Of a DNA stretch of 64,000 bases, positions 42,938 to 52,754 are shown piece after piece (position 1 is the first letter of the stretch; each line of letters starts with the position of its first letter). A model generated the notes under the pieces. That model made no database searches. It was not told the origin of the DNA and saw nothing but the letters and a program-made list of their open reading frames with translations. The translations under genes and the position numbers were made by a program. This DNA is from Alphaproteobacteria bacterium (lineage in GTDB: Bacteria; Pseudomonadota; Alphaproteobacteria; SP197): positions 1,024,001-1,088,000 of the forward strand of contig OZ219747.1 of assembly GCA_964291265.2 (NCBI GenBank). The letters run 5' to 3'.

Positions 42938-43715
42938 CGCGCTCGTTCTGGAGATGGCCCGCCTGGCCGAGGAAATTCGACCGCGGGCGATCATGATGGA
43001 GAATGTTCCCGGCCTGGCGCGCCGGGGCGGACTGCTGTGCGGTCGGGTGCGAGCGCGGCTCCAGGCACTCGACTATCGACTGACGGAGGGAGTCCTGCAG
43101 GTTGCCGACTATGGCGTGCCACAGTATCGGCGGCGTTTCGTCCTTCTCGCCGGCCGTGGTTTCGAGATTGCCTTTCCCGATGCGACTCATTCCGCCTCGC
43201 CAACCAGAAATCTTGCGCCGTGGCGCACGGTGCGTGATGCGATCAGGAACATGCCAGCCCCCCTTACCCTGGCAGAGGCCAGGGCAAGGGGACAGGTCGA
43301 GCGGTCCGACTGGCATGTCGTGCGCAAGCTTTCACGCGAGAACATCGAGCGCATCAAGGCGGCGAAGGCCGGCGAGACATGGACGCGCATTCCGGAGCAT
43401 CTCCGCCCCGCCTGTCACCGCGGCGGCTATGTCGGATTCACCAATGTGTACGGGAGGATGGTCTGGGACCGTCCGTCGCCCACGATCACCGGCGGATGCA
43501 CCACTCTGAGCAAGGGCCGCTTCGGCCACCCGCATGCCGATCGGACGATCTCCGTGCGGGAGGCCGCACTTCTCCAGACCTTTCCCCGGGACTACCGCCT
43601 TGACACACCCTTCATGGAGCACGTGTGCAACATGATAGGCAACGCATTGCCGTGCGATTTTGCGGAAGCTCTTTCGCGACGATGTCTCGAGGAACTTGAT
43701 GGCCGCAGTCGGTGA
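42831..43715 (+). pseudogene. dcm: C5 DNA cytosine methyltransferase lacking its N-terminus (motif I)
   Basis: In frame upstream of ATG 42954 is RIDLLAGCPPCQGF (motif IV); downstream are MENVPGL, GVPQYRRR, SVREAALLQTFP, IGNA. A stop at 42792 precedes it with no FxGxGG and no start codon. Confidence 0.8.
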
Positions 43716-43821
43716 GGCGCTTGACGAAGCGGTGGGTATCGAACGTGTCGTCATCCGACAGGCGTCCATGCCGTGCCACGTGACTTGGGCGCCCTCCTTC
43801 TTCATCGTCTGTCGTCCCGGT

Positions 43822-44580
43822 TCACCTGGACAGCTTGTCCATGATCGGCCGCGGCACGATCCGCCACGGGAAGCCGTTCCACTCCTCGCCCTCGAGCAAC
43901 CGGCCGCCGGACTTGGGGCGCGGACCGCCCCACTGCTTGAAGAAGAACGCCGTGTCGTCCCGCAGGCACTGATCGCGGATCTCGACAACCCACTCCTCGG
44001 ACATCGCTCTCGCCCCGGGGCCGCTCTCCCCGCCGACGATGGCCCACGCGACCCCCTCGAGACTGACAGCGCCGACGCCGCCGATCAGGGGTTCGAAGGA
44101 GACGAAACGCGCCGGCGAGGCAATCTGCTTCAGATGGTCGATCCGCGAGGCGTGGGCGCGGTCCTCGACCGATACGCCAAGCCAGATGTGCGACGGCAAG
44201 CCGGCATCGCCATAGCGCCTTGCGACATACCTTCGCATCAGTGAGCTGCGTTTCGTCAGCACCTGGTAGACGTGCCAGTCCGCCTCTTCCATCACGTCGA
44301 AGACCGAGTCGATGAAGGATGGCTCGATCTCCTTCTGAAACAGGTCACTCATGGAATTGACGAAGATCATCCTCGGCTTCTTCCATCGGCCGGGCTGCGT
44401 CAGGCGGGACGGCCACAGACGCAGGTCGAACCCCTGTTCATAGGCATGTCCGGCGACGCCCCGGAAACGCTCGGCGAAGCGCTCCGCGTAACAGTGGTCG
44501 CAACCCGGGCCGACCTTCCTGCACCCGGTCAACGGGTTCCACGTGGCGTCCGTCCACTCGATCCGGCTCTGGTCCGCCAT
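43822..44580 (-). CDS. DUF5131 (phage Gp37/Gp68 family) three-Cys-motif protein
   Basis: SRIEWTDATWNPLTGC.KV.PGCDHCYAE, IFVNSMSDLF, YQVLTKR, RFVSFEPL, IVGGESGPGAR, FFFKQWGG. Confidence 0.9.
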   Translation of the reverse strand: MADQSRIEWTDATWNPLTGCRKVGPGCDHCYAERFAERFRGVAGHAYEQGFDLRLWPSRLTQPGRWKKPRMIFVNSMSDLFQKEIEPSFIDSVFDVMEEADWHVYQVLTKRSSLMRRYVARRYGDAGLPSHIWLGVSVEDRAHASRIDHLKQIASPARFVSFEPLIGGVGAVSLEGVAWAIVGGESGPGARAMSEEWVVEIRDQCLRDDTAFFFKQWGGPRPKSGGRLLEGEEWNGFPWRIVPRPIMDKLSR

Positions 44581-44723
44581 GGGCTTCTTCCTCGGTTCGG
44601 CATGGTCATGATAACGGACTCGCGAGTGGGGAACAAGGCAGGAACATGTGATCTGCGCCACTCCAGGGGTTCAGCTTGCGGCACGAATCCTGTGTCGACG
44701 GCCGATGACGGCGCCGGCGCGGG

Positions 44724-47700
44724 TCATGGTTCGCTGTCGGTCACGTGACCGGGGAGAATGCGCCGCGCCGCCTCGTTGATCCGGCCCATGACACCCGCCC
44801 TGCAGAGCTCCTTGCGGATTCGCGTCGACCTGGCGACCTGCCCCTTGCGCAGTTCGGCCGCCCCGGCCCTCGCGATCCAGTTCTTCGCCACCGCCTCGGC
44901 CTCGCAACACAACGCCGCGAGAGCCCTGTGGGACGTCCGCCGCGGGTTGAACGCGGGGACCGGCACCTTGCGCCAGGGATGCAGGTGAAAGTCGCGGCCG
45001 CTCTCGCGCGCCGCGCCGAAGGCGCGCTTCAGTCCCGAGGCGTTGAGGAGCGCCACCAGCCAGGCCGCCTCGTCTTCCGAATCCGCCTTCCACCAGTAGA
45101 GACTGTCACCAACGAGCGGGCCGCAGCCATCGACCCGGGAGGCCCGCATGATGTCACCGGACTTCGGGTAGAGCACGAATTGCCCGCCCGGCTGCGCCAG
45201 TCCGGGCAATTGCGCCGAGAGCCCGGATGAATAGTCGAACCTCTCGAGAAGGGTCTTCGGCGTCGACGTGCCCACCGTGACGTTCTCGCGATAGAGGGCA
45301 TCGAGCCTGTTCCAGAAGCCACACCGCTCCCCGGGGTTGTCGACCAGGCGGAGTCCGTCAGGTTCGACCGGGATGATGGCCCGTCCGCCGGGGCCCATGA
45401 AGAACGGGAGAAGATCGCCGGACTGACGAACCGAACGGACCCAGCCCACGGGCACGTCGCCCCGCTCGGGCTCGACCGCCGCCCACTGAAACTGCCTGGA
45501 CCGGGCCGTCACGACCCGCACCATGCCGGTGCTCGCCCCCTCCTTCTCGCTGTCCAGGAACGACAGGACCCTGGGCAGGATCGTCGCCCCCTGACGGAAC
45601 AGGCCATCGTACCGGGATGCCTTGTCCCGGAACACCTTCGGCGGCGCCCTGAACCGCAGCCTGCCCAGGACATGACCGGCCTGCATGTCCGGTTTCAGCG
45701 TGAAGCGCCCGGCCGCCGGATTGCGATCGACGACGATGATGTCGTCCGTCAAGTCCGTGAGACGCCGGCACCGGCGGATGTCGAACAGGACACAGCAGCG
45801 CCGCGCATCACCGCCGCCGAAGGGCTTCAGGGCCTCCAGGTCGAGAGCCTGACCCTGCGCCCTTTCCTTCCACCAGGTGCGGAACTTGTGCCAGTTGCCG
45901 CCTTTCAGGGCGGCCTTCCTGACAATCCAGGCGGCGGGGTCCCGCTGCGGATCGTCGAGGTAGAGCATGCGGCTGCGCTTGACGAAGAGCTGGGCGATGT
46001 CGAGATGGGGACCCTGCTTTCCGCCGATCCACAGGTCGATCTCCCGGCCCTTCGCGAACTCCTCCATCGTCGTCCTGCGGTCCGGCACCTGGATCTCGCT
46101 CATCTTGACCCATGGCGGGTTGGCGACGATCCGGTTGACCTTCCTCTCGGCGAGCCGCACCGGCCCGGTGATGTTGGTCATGTACCAGCCCCACACGCCG
46201 TTGCCCTCGTCGGTGATGACGCGCGACAGGTCCCGGTGAAACTCCTCGAGCGCGGCGCGGTCATCGCCAGTGACGGTCGCCAGGATGTCCGCCGCCAGCG
46301 GCCGACATGGCGCACCGCCGTGGCGCCTCCCGGCATGGCCGACCGCCGATTCCGTCAACCGCCGCATGTTGCTCGTGAAGTGCCGCGTCCTGGCGAAGGA
46401 CCGGGGCAGCCGCAAGCTGCCGCCACCCGGCGTCGAGAACAGGAAATGGTCGGGCGAATGCGTGAACAGCGATGGCGCCTCGTCCCTCTGGGCAAGCAAG
46501 GCGTCGCCCTGGAAGACACAGACGGCGGCGGCGCCGTCAGGCGGCTCGGCCGGCAGGGCCCGCAGGATCGTGGCGCGGCTGATCTCGGCGGCAATGGGAT
46601 GAATGTCGATGCCGTTCAGGAGACGCGCGACCGCACCCGCCTTGCGCGCGGGCGGCAGCGCCGCATCCTGGAAGGCGGGCGAGCGAAGCAGGCGCCGCGC
46701 CGCATGGTAGAGGAAGGTGCCCGACCCGCATGCCGGATCGAGGACACCGATCCCGTCCAGGGCGTCGGCCTCCACCTCGGCCAGGAGCGCAGCGGCAGCC
46801 GAGCGTTCGCACCAGGCGTCATCCAGGACCTCGTCGACCAGCATCTGCGCCAGCCAGTCGGGCGTGTAGTATTCTCCGAAGATCTTTCGGTCCTTCTCAC
46901 CGACAAAGGTCTCGTAGACGGGTTTCAGCACGTCACCCCGCCTGCGCCGCCACTCGTACTCGTGGATCGAGCCAAGCAGGCCGGCGGCCCACGTTCGGCC
47001 GGTGGCGCTGCCCAGAATCCAGGACACGAACCCGTCACGCAGGAGGGCGGCGGCCTCGGGATCCCTGTCCGGGCGGGACAGCGTGTGGACGACGCCGCGC
47101 GCCAGCGCCACCAGAAACGAGTGGCGCAGGAACAATTCGTGCTGGCCGTAGGGGTCCGCCGGCGCCATCGACGAGGTGCGGAGCATGTCCAGCCACAGGT
47201 CCATCTGGGTCCCGGCCACCCGGGCAGGGCGACCCGCAAGGCCGGCCCGGACATCCCGAAGGGCCGCAAGGTGGCCGGCGAAGAGAGCGCTCGGGTTGGC
47301 CGGAATCCAGGGCTTGCCGACAGGCCCGCGACCCGTGAGCGGGCGCAGCCTCGCCAGAAGTTCGGCGGCGGCGTGAGGCCGCAGGCCCCTGAAGATCGTC
47401 TCGCCGAGGCTTCCCTCCTCGTGCGCGTAGCGCCACGCATGCCACACCCGGCCGTCGGTGACGAGGCCAACCCACGCACGGGAGCGTTCCGCCTCGCCCT
47501 GGAAGGCGACCTGGCCCAGTTCCGCCGCAATCTCGCTCCTCAGATAGCGCTCGAGCTGCTGGCGCGGAGATTCACCGGTGGCGGCGTCCGCGGCGTCGGG
47601 ATCGTCGGCCCGGCCGACGCGCTTGGTCTCGATGAGGACGCGGCGGCGGGGGAGATAGAGATCCGCCGGCCCATGGTCCGTGGCATACGTGATGATGTTC

Positions 47701-47825
47701 TCGATGCCGAGGGCATCGAACAGCCGGGCGATGTTCTGCCGGATGTTGTCTTCCGGCGCCGCCACGGATGTCCGCAGGAGCCGGTCGGCGGCCTCCACGA
47801 CATGATCGCCGAGGACGTCCGTCAC
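44724..47825 (-). CDS. Type IIG-like fused restriction-modification enzyme (REase + N6-adenine MTase + TRD)
   Basis: PADLY..LIETKR, GEYYTPDWLA, VLDPACGSGTFL, IVANPPW; GTG start overlaps the resolvase stop. Confidence 0.85.
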   Translation of the reverse strand: MTDVLGDHVVEAADRLLRTSVAAPEDNIRQNIARLFDALGIENIITYATDHGPADLYLPRRRVLIETKRVGRADDPDAADAATGESPRQQLERYLRSEIAAELGQVAFQGEAERSRAWVGLVTDGRVWHAWRYAHEEGSLGETIFRGLRPHAAAELLARLRPLTGRGPVGKPWIPANPSALFAGHLAALRDVRAGLAGRPARVAGTQMDLWLDMLRTSSMAPADPYGQHELFLRHSFLVALARGVVHTLSRPDRDPEAAALLRDGFVSWILGSATGRTWAAGLLGSIHEYEWRRRRGDVLKPVYETFVGEKDRKIFGEYYTPDWLAQMLVDEVLDDAWCERSAAAALLAEVEADALDGIGVLDPACGSGTFLYHAARRLLRSPAFQDAALPPARKAGAVARLLNGIDIHPIAAEISRATILRALPAEPPDGAAAVCVFQGDALLAQRDEAPSLFTHSPDHFLFSTPGGGSLRLPRSFARTRHFTSNMRRLTESAVGHAGRRHGGAPCRPLAADILATVTGDDRAALEEFHRDLSRVITDEGNGVWGWYMTNITGPVRLAERKVNRIVANPPWVKMSEIQVPDRRTTMEEFAKGREIDLWIGGKQGPHLDIAQLFVKRSRMLYLDDPQRDPAAWIVRKAALKGGNWHKFRTWWKERAQGQALDLEALKPFGGGDARRCCVLFDIRRCRRLTDLTDDIIVVDRNPAAGRFTLKPDMQAGHVLGRLRFRAPPKVFRDKASRYDGLFRQGATILPRVLSFLDSEKEGASTGMVRVVTARSRQFQWAAVEPERGDVPVGWVRSVRQSGDLLPFFMGPGGRAIIPVEPDGLRLVDNPGERCGFWNRLDALYRENVTVGTSTPKTLLERFDYSSGLSAQLPGLAQPGGQFVLYPKSGDIMRASRVDGCGPLVGDSLYWWKADSEDEAAWLVALLNASGLKRAFGAARESGRDFHLHPWRKVPVPAFNPRRTSHRALAALCCEAEAVAKNWIARAGAAELRKGQVARSTRIRKELCRAGVMGRINEAARRILPGHVTDSEP

Positions 47826-48406
47826 GCGCGTTGCTCCTCGTCGCCGCCCGCCGCCCGGCCACGCGGCAGGCGGCGATAGAGCGTCGAGACGGAGACGCCG
47901 AAGCGGCGGGCGACCTGGGCGGCGGTGATGTCCGGATCGCGCAGCATCGCGCTCGCCTCCTGGAGGTCGCGATCGGTGAGGGCGCGAGGCCTCCCGCCGA
48001 CGCGGCCTTGCGCCCTCGCCGCCGCCAGGCCGGCCAGGGTCCTCTCGCGGATGAGTCCGCGCTCGAATTCGGCAAGGGCGGCGAAGACATGGAAGATCAG
48101 TCGTCCAGGCGCCGTCGTCGTGTCCAGGGCCTCGTTGAGGGACTGCAGGCCGCACCCTCGACCGTCCAGGGTCTCGACGGTCTCGATGAGCTGGCGCAGC
48201 GACCGCGCCAGGCGGTCGAGGCGCCACACGACGAGGGTATCGCCGTCCCGCATCCAGTCCAGGGCCGCCGCCAGCTGCGGGCGCCCGCGGTCGGCCCCGC
48301 TTGCCGACTCCTCGAAGATCCGGCCGCATCCGGCCTCGTCGAGGGCGCCGACCTGCAGCGCCGTGTCCTGCGCCACGGTGGAAACGCGGGCATATCCGAT
48401 CAGCAT
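47822..48406 (-). CDS. Resolvase/invertase (small serine recombinase)
   Basis: MLIGYARVST..Q, GDTLVVWRLDRLARS, AEFERGLIRERT..GL, GGRP, C-terminal HTH GVSVSTLYR. Confidence 0.93.
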   Translation of the reverse strand: MLIGYARVSTVAQDTALQVGALDEAGCGRIFEESASGADRGRPQLAAALDWMRDGDTLVVWRLDRLARSLRQLIETVETLDGRGCGLQSLNEALDTTTAPGRLIFHVFAALAEFERGLIRERTLAGLAAARAQGRVGGRPRALTDRDLQEASAMLRDPDITAAQVARRFGVSVSTLYRRLPRGRAAGGDEEQRA

Positions 48407-48541
48407 GATCCCTCGCACAAACGACGGTTATTGCAACAGTCGCTCAACGCCCCGGTATCGTGGTCCCGAAAGGGCCGCGGAGTGTTGCAGAACTCATCGC
48501 AAAACCTCGAGTCGCACTATGGCCGATCGGAACGTTTTCGG
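48407..48541. promoter_or_regulatory. Probable res site/promoter region of the resolvase
   Basis: Relatively AT-rich non-coding tract directly upstream of the resolvase; subsites not resolved. Confidence 0.35.
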
Positions 48542-48553
48542 GAAGGATGGATC

Positions 48554-48931
48554 TCAAGTCCTGTCGGTGTCGATATCGGCCACACCTTCGATCGCCTGGA
48601 TCAATTCGAAGTGCTCGCTCGGCACGGGGCGGTAGCCGCGGCGGACCTTGGTCTTGACGATCGTCTCGAGGGCGCGGATCGCCGAGGCCCGGTCCGCAAA
48701 GTGCGTCAGGCGCACGGTGCCCGCCTGGCCGATCCTGCCCCACTCGCGGAACAGGATGCAGCCGCCGAAGAGATCGCGCATGAGGGCCACGGAGTAGAAT
48801 CTCCAGACGTTGTCCGGTGGGTGGATGCGCTCCAGCCTGCAGGGCGCCGGGAGTGGCGGCGGCGGTGCGTTCATGAGGCTCACGTCGGGGCCGGATCCCC
48901 CGTCGCCCGGATGATCCGCGAGACGGCTCAT
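48554..48931 (-). CDS. WGR domain protein with a foreign C-terminal tail
   Basis: LERIHPPDNVWRFYSV...DLFG...REWGRIGQAG..KVRRGY; tail SEHFELIQAIEGVAD matches the 33775-34341 protein. Confidence 0.8.
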   Translation of the reverse strand: MSRLADHPGDGGSGPDVSLMNAPPPPLPAPCRLERIHPPDNVWRFYSVALMRDLFGGCILFREWGRIGQAGTVRLTHFADRASAIRALETIVKTKVRRGYRPVPSEHFELIQAIEGVADIDTDRT

Positions 48932-50151
48932 GGCTCGTCGGCGGGCGCGGTGCCTCCCGCATCGACGGTGACGGCGCACCTGTTGCCGCGGTCGGCCGCG
49001 GCGTTGATGCACCGCGCGATCTCCTCGCCGGCGAGCTCCCACACGCGGTCCTTCCAGCCCAGGGTGTCGTTCGTCGGGTCGAGGAGCGTGTAGCGCTGCT
49101 GCACGACGACGCCCAGGGCGCCGGCGCAGAGGGTGACGACGAGGATCGAGACCCAGGCAAACCGGATGAAGGCGCGGCGCGGCCGGGCGGCAGCCTCGAG
49201 GAGCTCGTCGACGGCATGGCGCACCTCGTCCGCGTCGACGGGCGGCTCGGGCGGCGCCAGGGCCGGCGGTTCGCTGCCGCCCGGCGGCGGCGTGCGAGCG
49301 CCCTCATCCAGGATCTGCGGGGGTCTTGCGGGTCGGATGATCCCGACGATGCGGTCGAGGCGGGTCATGACTTCCTGGAACGCCTGCCATGCGGGAGGCA
49401 TCCCGGCATCGTCGCCCGCCGCGCCGCCCGCCAGGGCGATGGCGGCGGTGATGGTCTCGTTCTGCGCCTCCTGCGCCGTGCGGATGGCGCCGAGAGCCTC
49501 GAGGATCTCCGTCTGCCGGGGCGCGGGGTCCGGGAGGCGGGCGAGGCGCTTGTCGATCTTCGCGAGGAGGCGGAGGATCTTCTTCTCGCGCTTCGTTGGC
49601 GCCGGCGGCGAGGGTGGGAGAGAGGCGGCCGGTGTCCCGTGGTCGGCGGCCGGCGCGGGACCGGCGGCCGAGGCCGCCTCCGCGCCGGGGCCCTGGGCGG
49701 CAGGGCCGGCGTCATCGCCGCCGGCCGGCGCGGCAGCGGCTCCGTTCTCCCCGGCAGCCGGCGCGGCCTCGCCCCCGTCCTGCGGAGCGGCGGCGGGGTG
49801 CGCCTCGTCCTCGGCCTCCGGTTCGCCGGCGGCCTGCGCCCCGGCGCCCTGCCGGCCCGGCGGGGCCCCGGTGCTCCCTTCGTCTGTGGCGGGGTGGTCC
49901 TGCGGGTCGGACGGGGATGTCATGGTCTCCTCCTGCGCGGCGGCGTCGGCGGCGGGATGGCCGGGGACCAGATGGTCGATCCGGCGGGCGAGGGCCTCGA
50001 TCAGCTCCCGCGTCTCGCGGGCGCCGGTGGCCGCGGCGGCGAGGCGGGTGGCGTTGGCCTTCGACAGTTCCAGCATCTGGCCGATGCCGCGCTCGATGAT
50101 GTCCTCGATGGTGCGGGCGTCGGCGGGCGCCTCGTCCGGTTCGCTGCTCAT
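48928..50151 (-). CDS. Pro/Ala-rich protein with a C-terminal TM segment (conjugation-region accessory)
   Basis: GGAGG RBS; ATGA-coupled to the virD4 fragment and the WGR gene; TM FAWVSILVVTLCAGALGVVV and a C-terminal Cys pair. Confidence 0.55.
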   Translation of the reverse strand: MSSEPDEAPADARTIEDIIERGIGQMLELSKANATRLAAAATGARETRELIEALARRIDHLVPGHPAADAAAQEETMTSPSDPQDHPATDEGSTGAPPGRQGAGAQAAGEPEAEDEAHPAAAPQDGGEAAPAAGENGAAAAPAGGDDAGPAAQGPGAEAASAAGPAPAADHGTPAASLPPSPPAPTKREKKILRLLAKIDKRLARLPDPAPRQTEILEALGAIRTAQEAQNETITAAIALAGGAAGDDAGMPPAWQAFQEVMTRLDRIVGIIRPARPPQILDEGARTPPPGGSEPPALAPPEPPVDADEVRHAVDELLEAAARPRRAFIRFAWVSILVVTLCAGALGVVVQQRYTLLDPTNDTLGWKDRVWELAGEEIARCINAAADRGNRCAVTVDAGGTAPADEP

Positions 50152-50599
50152 GGCTTCCTCCGGGGAGTCTGCTCGTCCGCCGGGGCGGCGAGGCCGCCCG
50201 AGGCCTTGCGGATGACGAACGGGTTGGGGCGGCCGAGGCGGCGCACATCGGGCCGTTCCCAGTGGCGGGCGTGGAAGAGGTGGAGGGCGTTGCGCGGTAC
50301 CGTCTTGCCGGCGGCGATGACGTACTGCTCGTCCGGGCGCATGGTCATCAAATCGTCGGGCGGCACCAGGAACTCCCGCACCAGCTGCGTCGATTCCCCG
50401 GTCTGGACCTGGGCCGAGGACATCAGCGCCTGCTGTTCGGAGACCGTGCCGGACCGGCTCTCCGATTCGGCGACGAACGTGGTGTGTCCGATGGCCTTGG
50501 CGAAGTCCTCCGCGCCGCGCGCGTCGGTGCGCGGGAAGCCGAGGATCTGGATGACCTCGGCGAGGTCGATCAGCGTGCGCGTGGGATCCTTCCCCCAGG
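50148..50599 (-). pseudogene. 3' fragment of a VirD4/TraG coupling protein, cut at the IS21 end
   Basis: WGKDPTRTLIDLAEVIQILGF...AEDFAKAIGHTT....S.S.....REFLVPPDDLMTMRPDEQYV fits the TraG/VirD4 C-terminal region; no 5' part. Confidence 0.7.
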
Positions 50600-50739
50600 T
50601 GTCGGCGGCGATTTAGAACGGCGGGATATTGGCGGAGAACCGCTCTTTTGGGCGCTGATCGTGTGAGTGGGTGACCACGACAGGAGAACGTGCGGCATTG
50701 GACGAAGGTCCGCCCGGTCTTTGTTTTCTGCCTATTGTT

Positions 50740-51696
50740 GGATCCCATTGGTCTTGCATTGACGTTGACGATGTCGTTCCGGTCGGCGTTTTCTGGCGTT
50801 CGGCGTTTGTGGAACGTGATGTGGGAGGGGAGCTTCAGGCTTTTGCGCGTGGTTTCGTTCTGGCGTTCTCCGGCCTCGTCGTGGTTCGTCGGGCGGGACG
50901 ATCTCGAGGCTGGAGAGCTGACGGTTTCTGTTGCGCTGGGCGAAGAGGCTGCGTGCGTTGCGGTTGCGGCGGCGCAGGGTGCGGCAGGCGTCGAGTGTTT
51001 TCGGGCGGATGCTGCGACCTGTGAGCCAGTCCGGCGGCGGATCGGGCGTTGCTGCGGCTCAGCGGCTGCGGCAGTCTCGTGATGTGGTGTCGTTTGGACG
51101 GCCCGGGGGTTTCCCGGGGAGGCTGAGAGGCGCGTCGGGGTGAGACGTTCTCATTCCTGGATGGTAACGCGTGACCGCGTTCAAGGGTCTTGCGAGATTA
51201 CGTGTCCCTTCCGTAGCCGCGTGGCGGTTCGATGTCCTCGAGAGCCTCGATGTCGGCATCGGCGACGCTCTGCAGGCGTTCTCCGTAAGGCGTGTCACGG
51301 AGGGTTTCGGGGATGCTGTCGAGGCGGTCACGCCATTCGTCCTGCAGGGTGCGGCAGGCGTCGAGTGTTTTCGGGCGGATGCTGCGACCTGTAAGCCAGT
51401 CCGGCCAGCGGCTGCGGCAGTCTCGTGATGCGGTGTCGTTTGGACGGCCCGGGAGTTTCCCGGGGAGGCTGAGCGGCGCGTCGGGGTGAGACGTTCTCAT
51501 TCCTGGATGGTAACGCGTGACCGCGTTCAAGGGTCTTGCGGGATCACGTATCCCTTCCGTAGCCGCGTGGCGGTTCGATGTCCTCGAGGGCCTCGATGTC
51601 GGCATCGGCGACGCTCTGCAGGCGTTCTCCGTAAGGCGTGTCACGGAGGCTTTCGGGGATGCTGTCGAGGTGGTCACGCCATTCGTCCTGCAGGGC
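50740..51696. repeat. Decayed partial duplications of the Toprim gene end and the small downstream ORF
   Basis: 50760-51060 is a deleted, diverged copy of the 51890-52450 region; 51060-51350 and 51406-51696 are direct repeats with 346-bp period. Confidence 0.8.
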
Positions 51697-51834
51697 GCGC
51701 AGTTCGGCCACGGCGTCGTTCCAGCGTTGCGGTCGCGAGCGCCGGTCACGGTGCTTTGGGGTGTGGACGGGAGGGATGCCGGCCTTGCGCCGTTCCCGGT
51801 ATCGCCGCTGCTTTTCGGCGGGCGTGAGGGGCAT
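51544..51834 (-). CDS. Small hypothetical protein
   Basis: MPLTPAEKQRRYRERRK...SRPQRWNDAVAELRALQ...IEPPRGYGRD; AAGGAG RBS. Confidence 0.7.
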   Translation of the reverse strand: MPLTPAEKQRRYRERRKAGIPPVHTPKHRDRRSRPQRWNDAVAELRALQDEWRDHLDSIPESLRDTPYGERLQSVADADIEALEDIEPPRGYGRDT

Positions 51835-51860
51835 GAGTGGTCTCCTTGTGACGGACGTGG

Positions 51861-52754
51861 TCATGATCTCGCTTGTGGTTCTTTGGTCCTGGCGTTGACG
51901 ACGTCGTTCCAGTCGGCGTTTTCCGGCGGTCTGCGTCTGTGGAACGAGACGTGGGAGGGGAGCTTCATCTTTTTGCGCAGGGTTTCGGCCTGTCGCTCTC
52001 CGGCCTCGTCGTGGTCCTGGGCGAGGACGATGGTCCTGACGTTGGGCAGGCTGCTTGCGGCGAGGCTGATCTGTTCGTGCTGTCTTCGCGAGGGTGCCCC
52101 GGCGGTGGAGAGGAAGGCGTGGCTGGGGGGACATTGGTCGATCTGGGCCAGGCTGAGGGCGTCGACGGCGCTTTCGGTGATGACGAGGGCCTCGAGGTCC
52201 GCGGCGGTTCCGGCGCGGACGGCGAACAGGCTTCGGGTTCCACCGGTGGCGAAGCGTTTCGGTCCGTCGGGGGGACCGATCTCGAAGCCGGTGAGCTTTC
52301 GCTTCCTGTTGCGATGGGCGAAGAGGACGCGTCCGTTGTGGTCGCGGCGGACCAGGGGGCGGCAGGTGTCGAGGGTCTCCGGGAGGATGCCGCGCCCGGT
52401 GAGCCAGTCCGGGGCCGCATCGGGCGTTGCCGCGGCCCAGAGGCTGCGGAAGTCGCGTGGCGCGGTGTCGGGTGCTGTGAAGCGGGTGCAGATGTCGGCG
52501 AAGGCCAGTCCGCGGTTGAGCATGAAGTCGATGACGGTTCCGTTGTCTTCATCGTTCTGGGTGTTGAAGTAGACCCAGTGTCCGTTGTTGAGGCACTTCG
52601 TGACGAGCTTCGGCAGGCCGGGTGCGCACAGGACGGGGTTGGCGCGTGTCGAGGCCTGTTCGTCGCGGACGTATCCCCAGTCGGCGGCGATGCGTTCGAA
52701 CGGCATGCGCTTGACGGCGTCGAAGTCGACGCGGCGGGGTTTATCGGGTTTCAC
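51861..52754 (-). CDS. Primase-like protein (DUF3991-like + Toprim)
   Basis: GHWVYFN..DNGTVIDF, WLTGRGI, LTGFEI, VITESAVDALS, STAG, VLAQDHDEAGE (DxD), DWNDVV; GTG start overlaps the istB end. Confidence 0.8.
   Translation of the reverse strand: MKPDKPRRVDFDAVKRMPFERIAADWGYVRDEQASTRANPVLCAPGLPKLVTKCLNNGHWVYFNTQNDEDNGTVIDFMLNRGLAFADICTRFTAPDTAPRDFRSLWAAATPDAAPDWLTGRGILPETLDTCRPLVRRDHNGRVLFAHRNRKRKLTGFEIGPPDGPKRFATGGTRSLFAVRAGTAADLEALVITESAVDALSLAQIDQCPPSHAFLSTAGAPSRRQHEQISLAASSLPNVRTIVLAQDHDEAGERQAETLRKKMKLPSHVSFHRRRPPENADWNDVVNARTKEPQARS

Noticed and set aside
47826-48329. N-terminal extension of the type IIG enzyme (1201-aa call)
   Set aside because: Overlaps the resolvase in another frame; GTG 47825 coupled to the resolvase stop is more plausible.
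48928-50748. 606-aa ORF as a single gene
   Set aside because: Its first ~200 codons cross the IS end and the virD4 fragment out of frame; the real start is ATG 50151 with an RBS.
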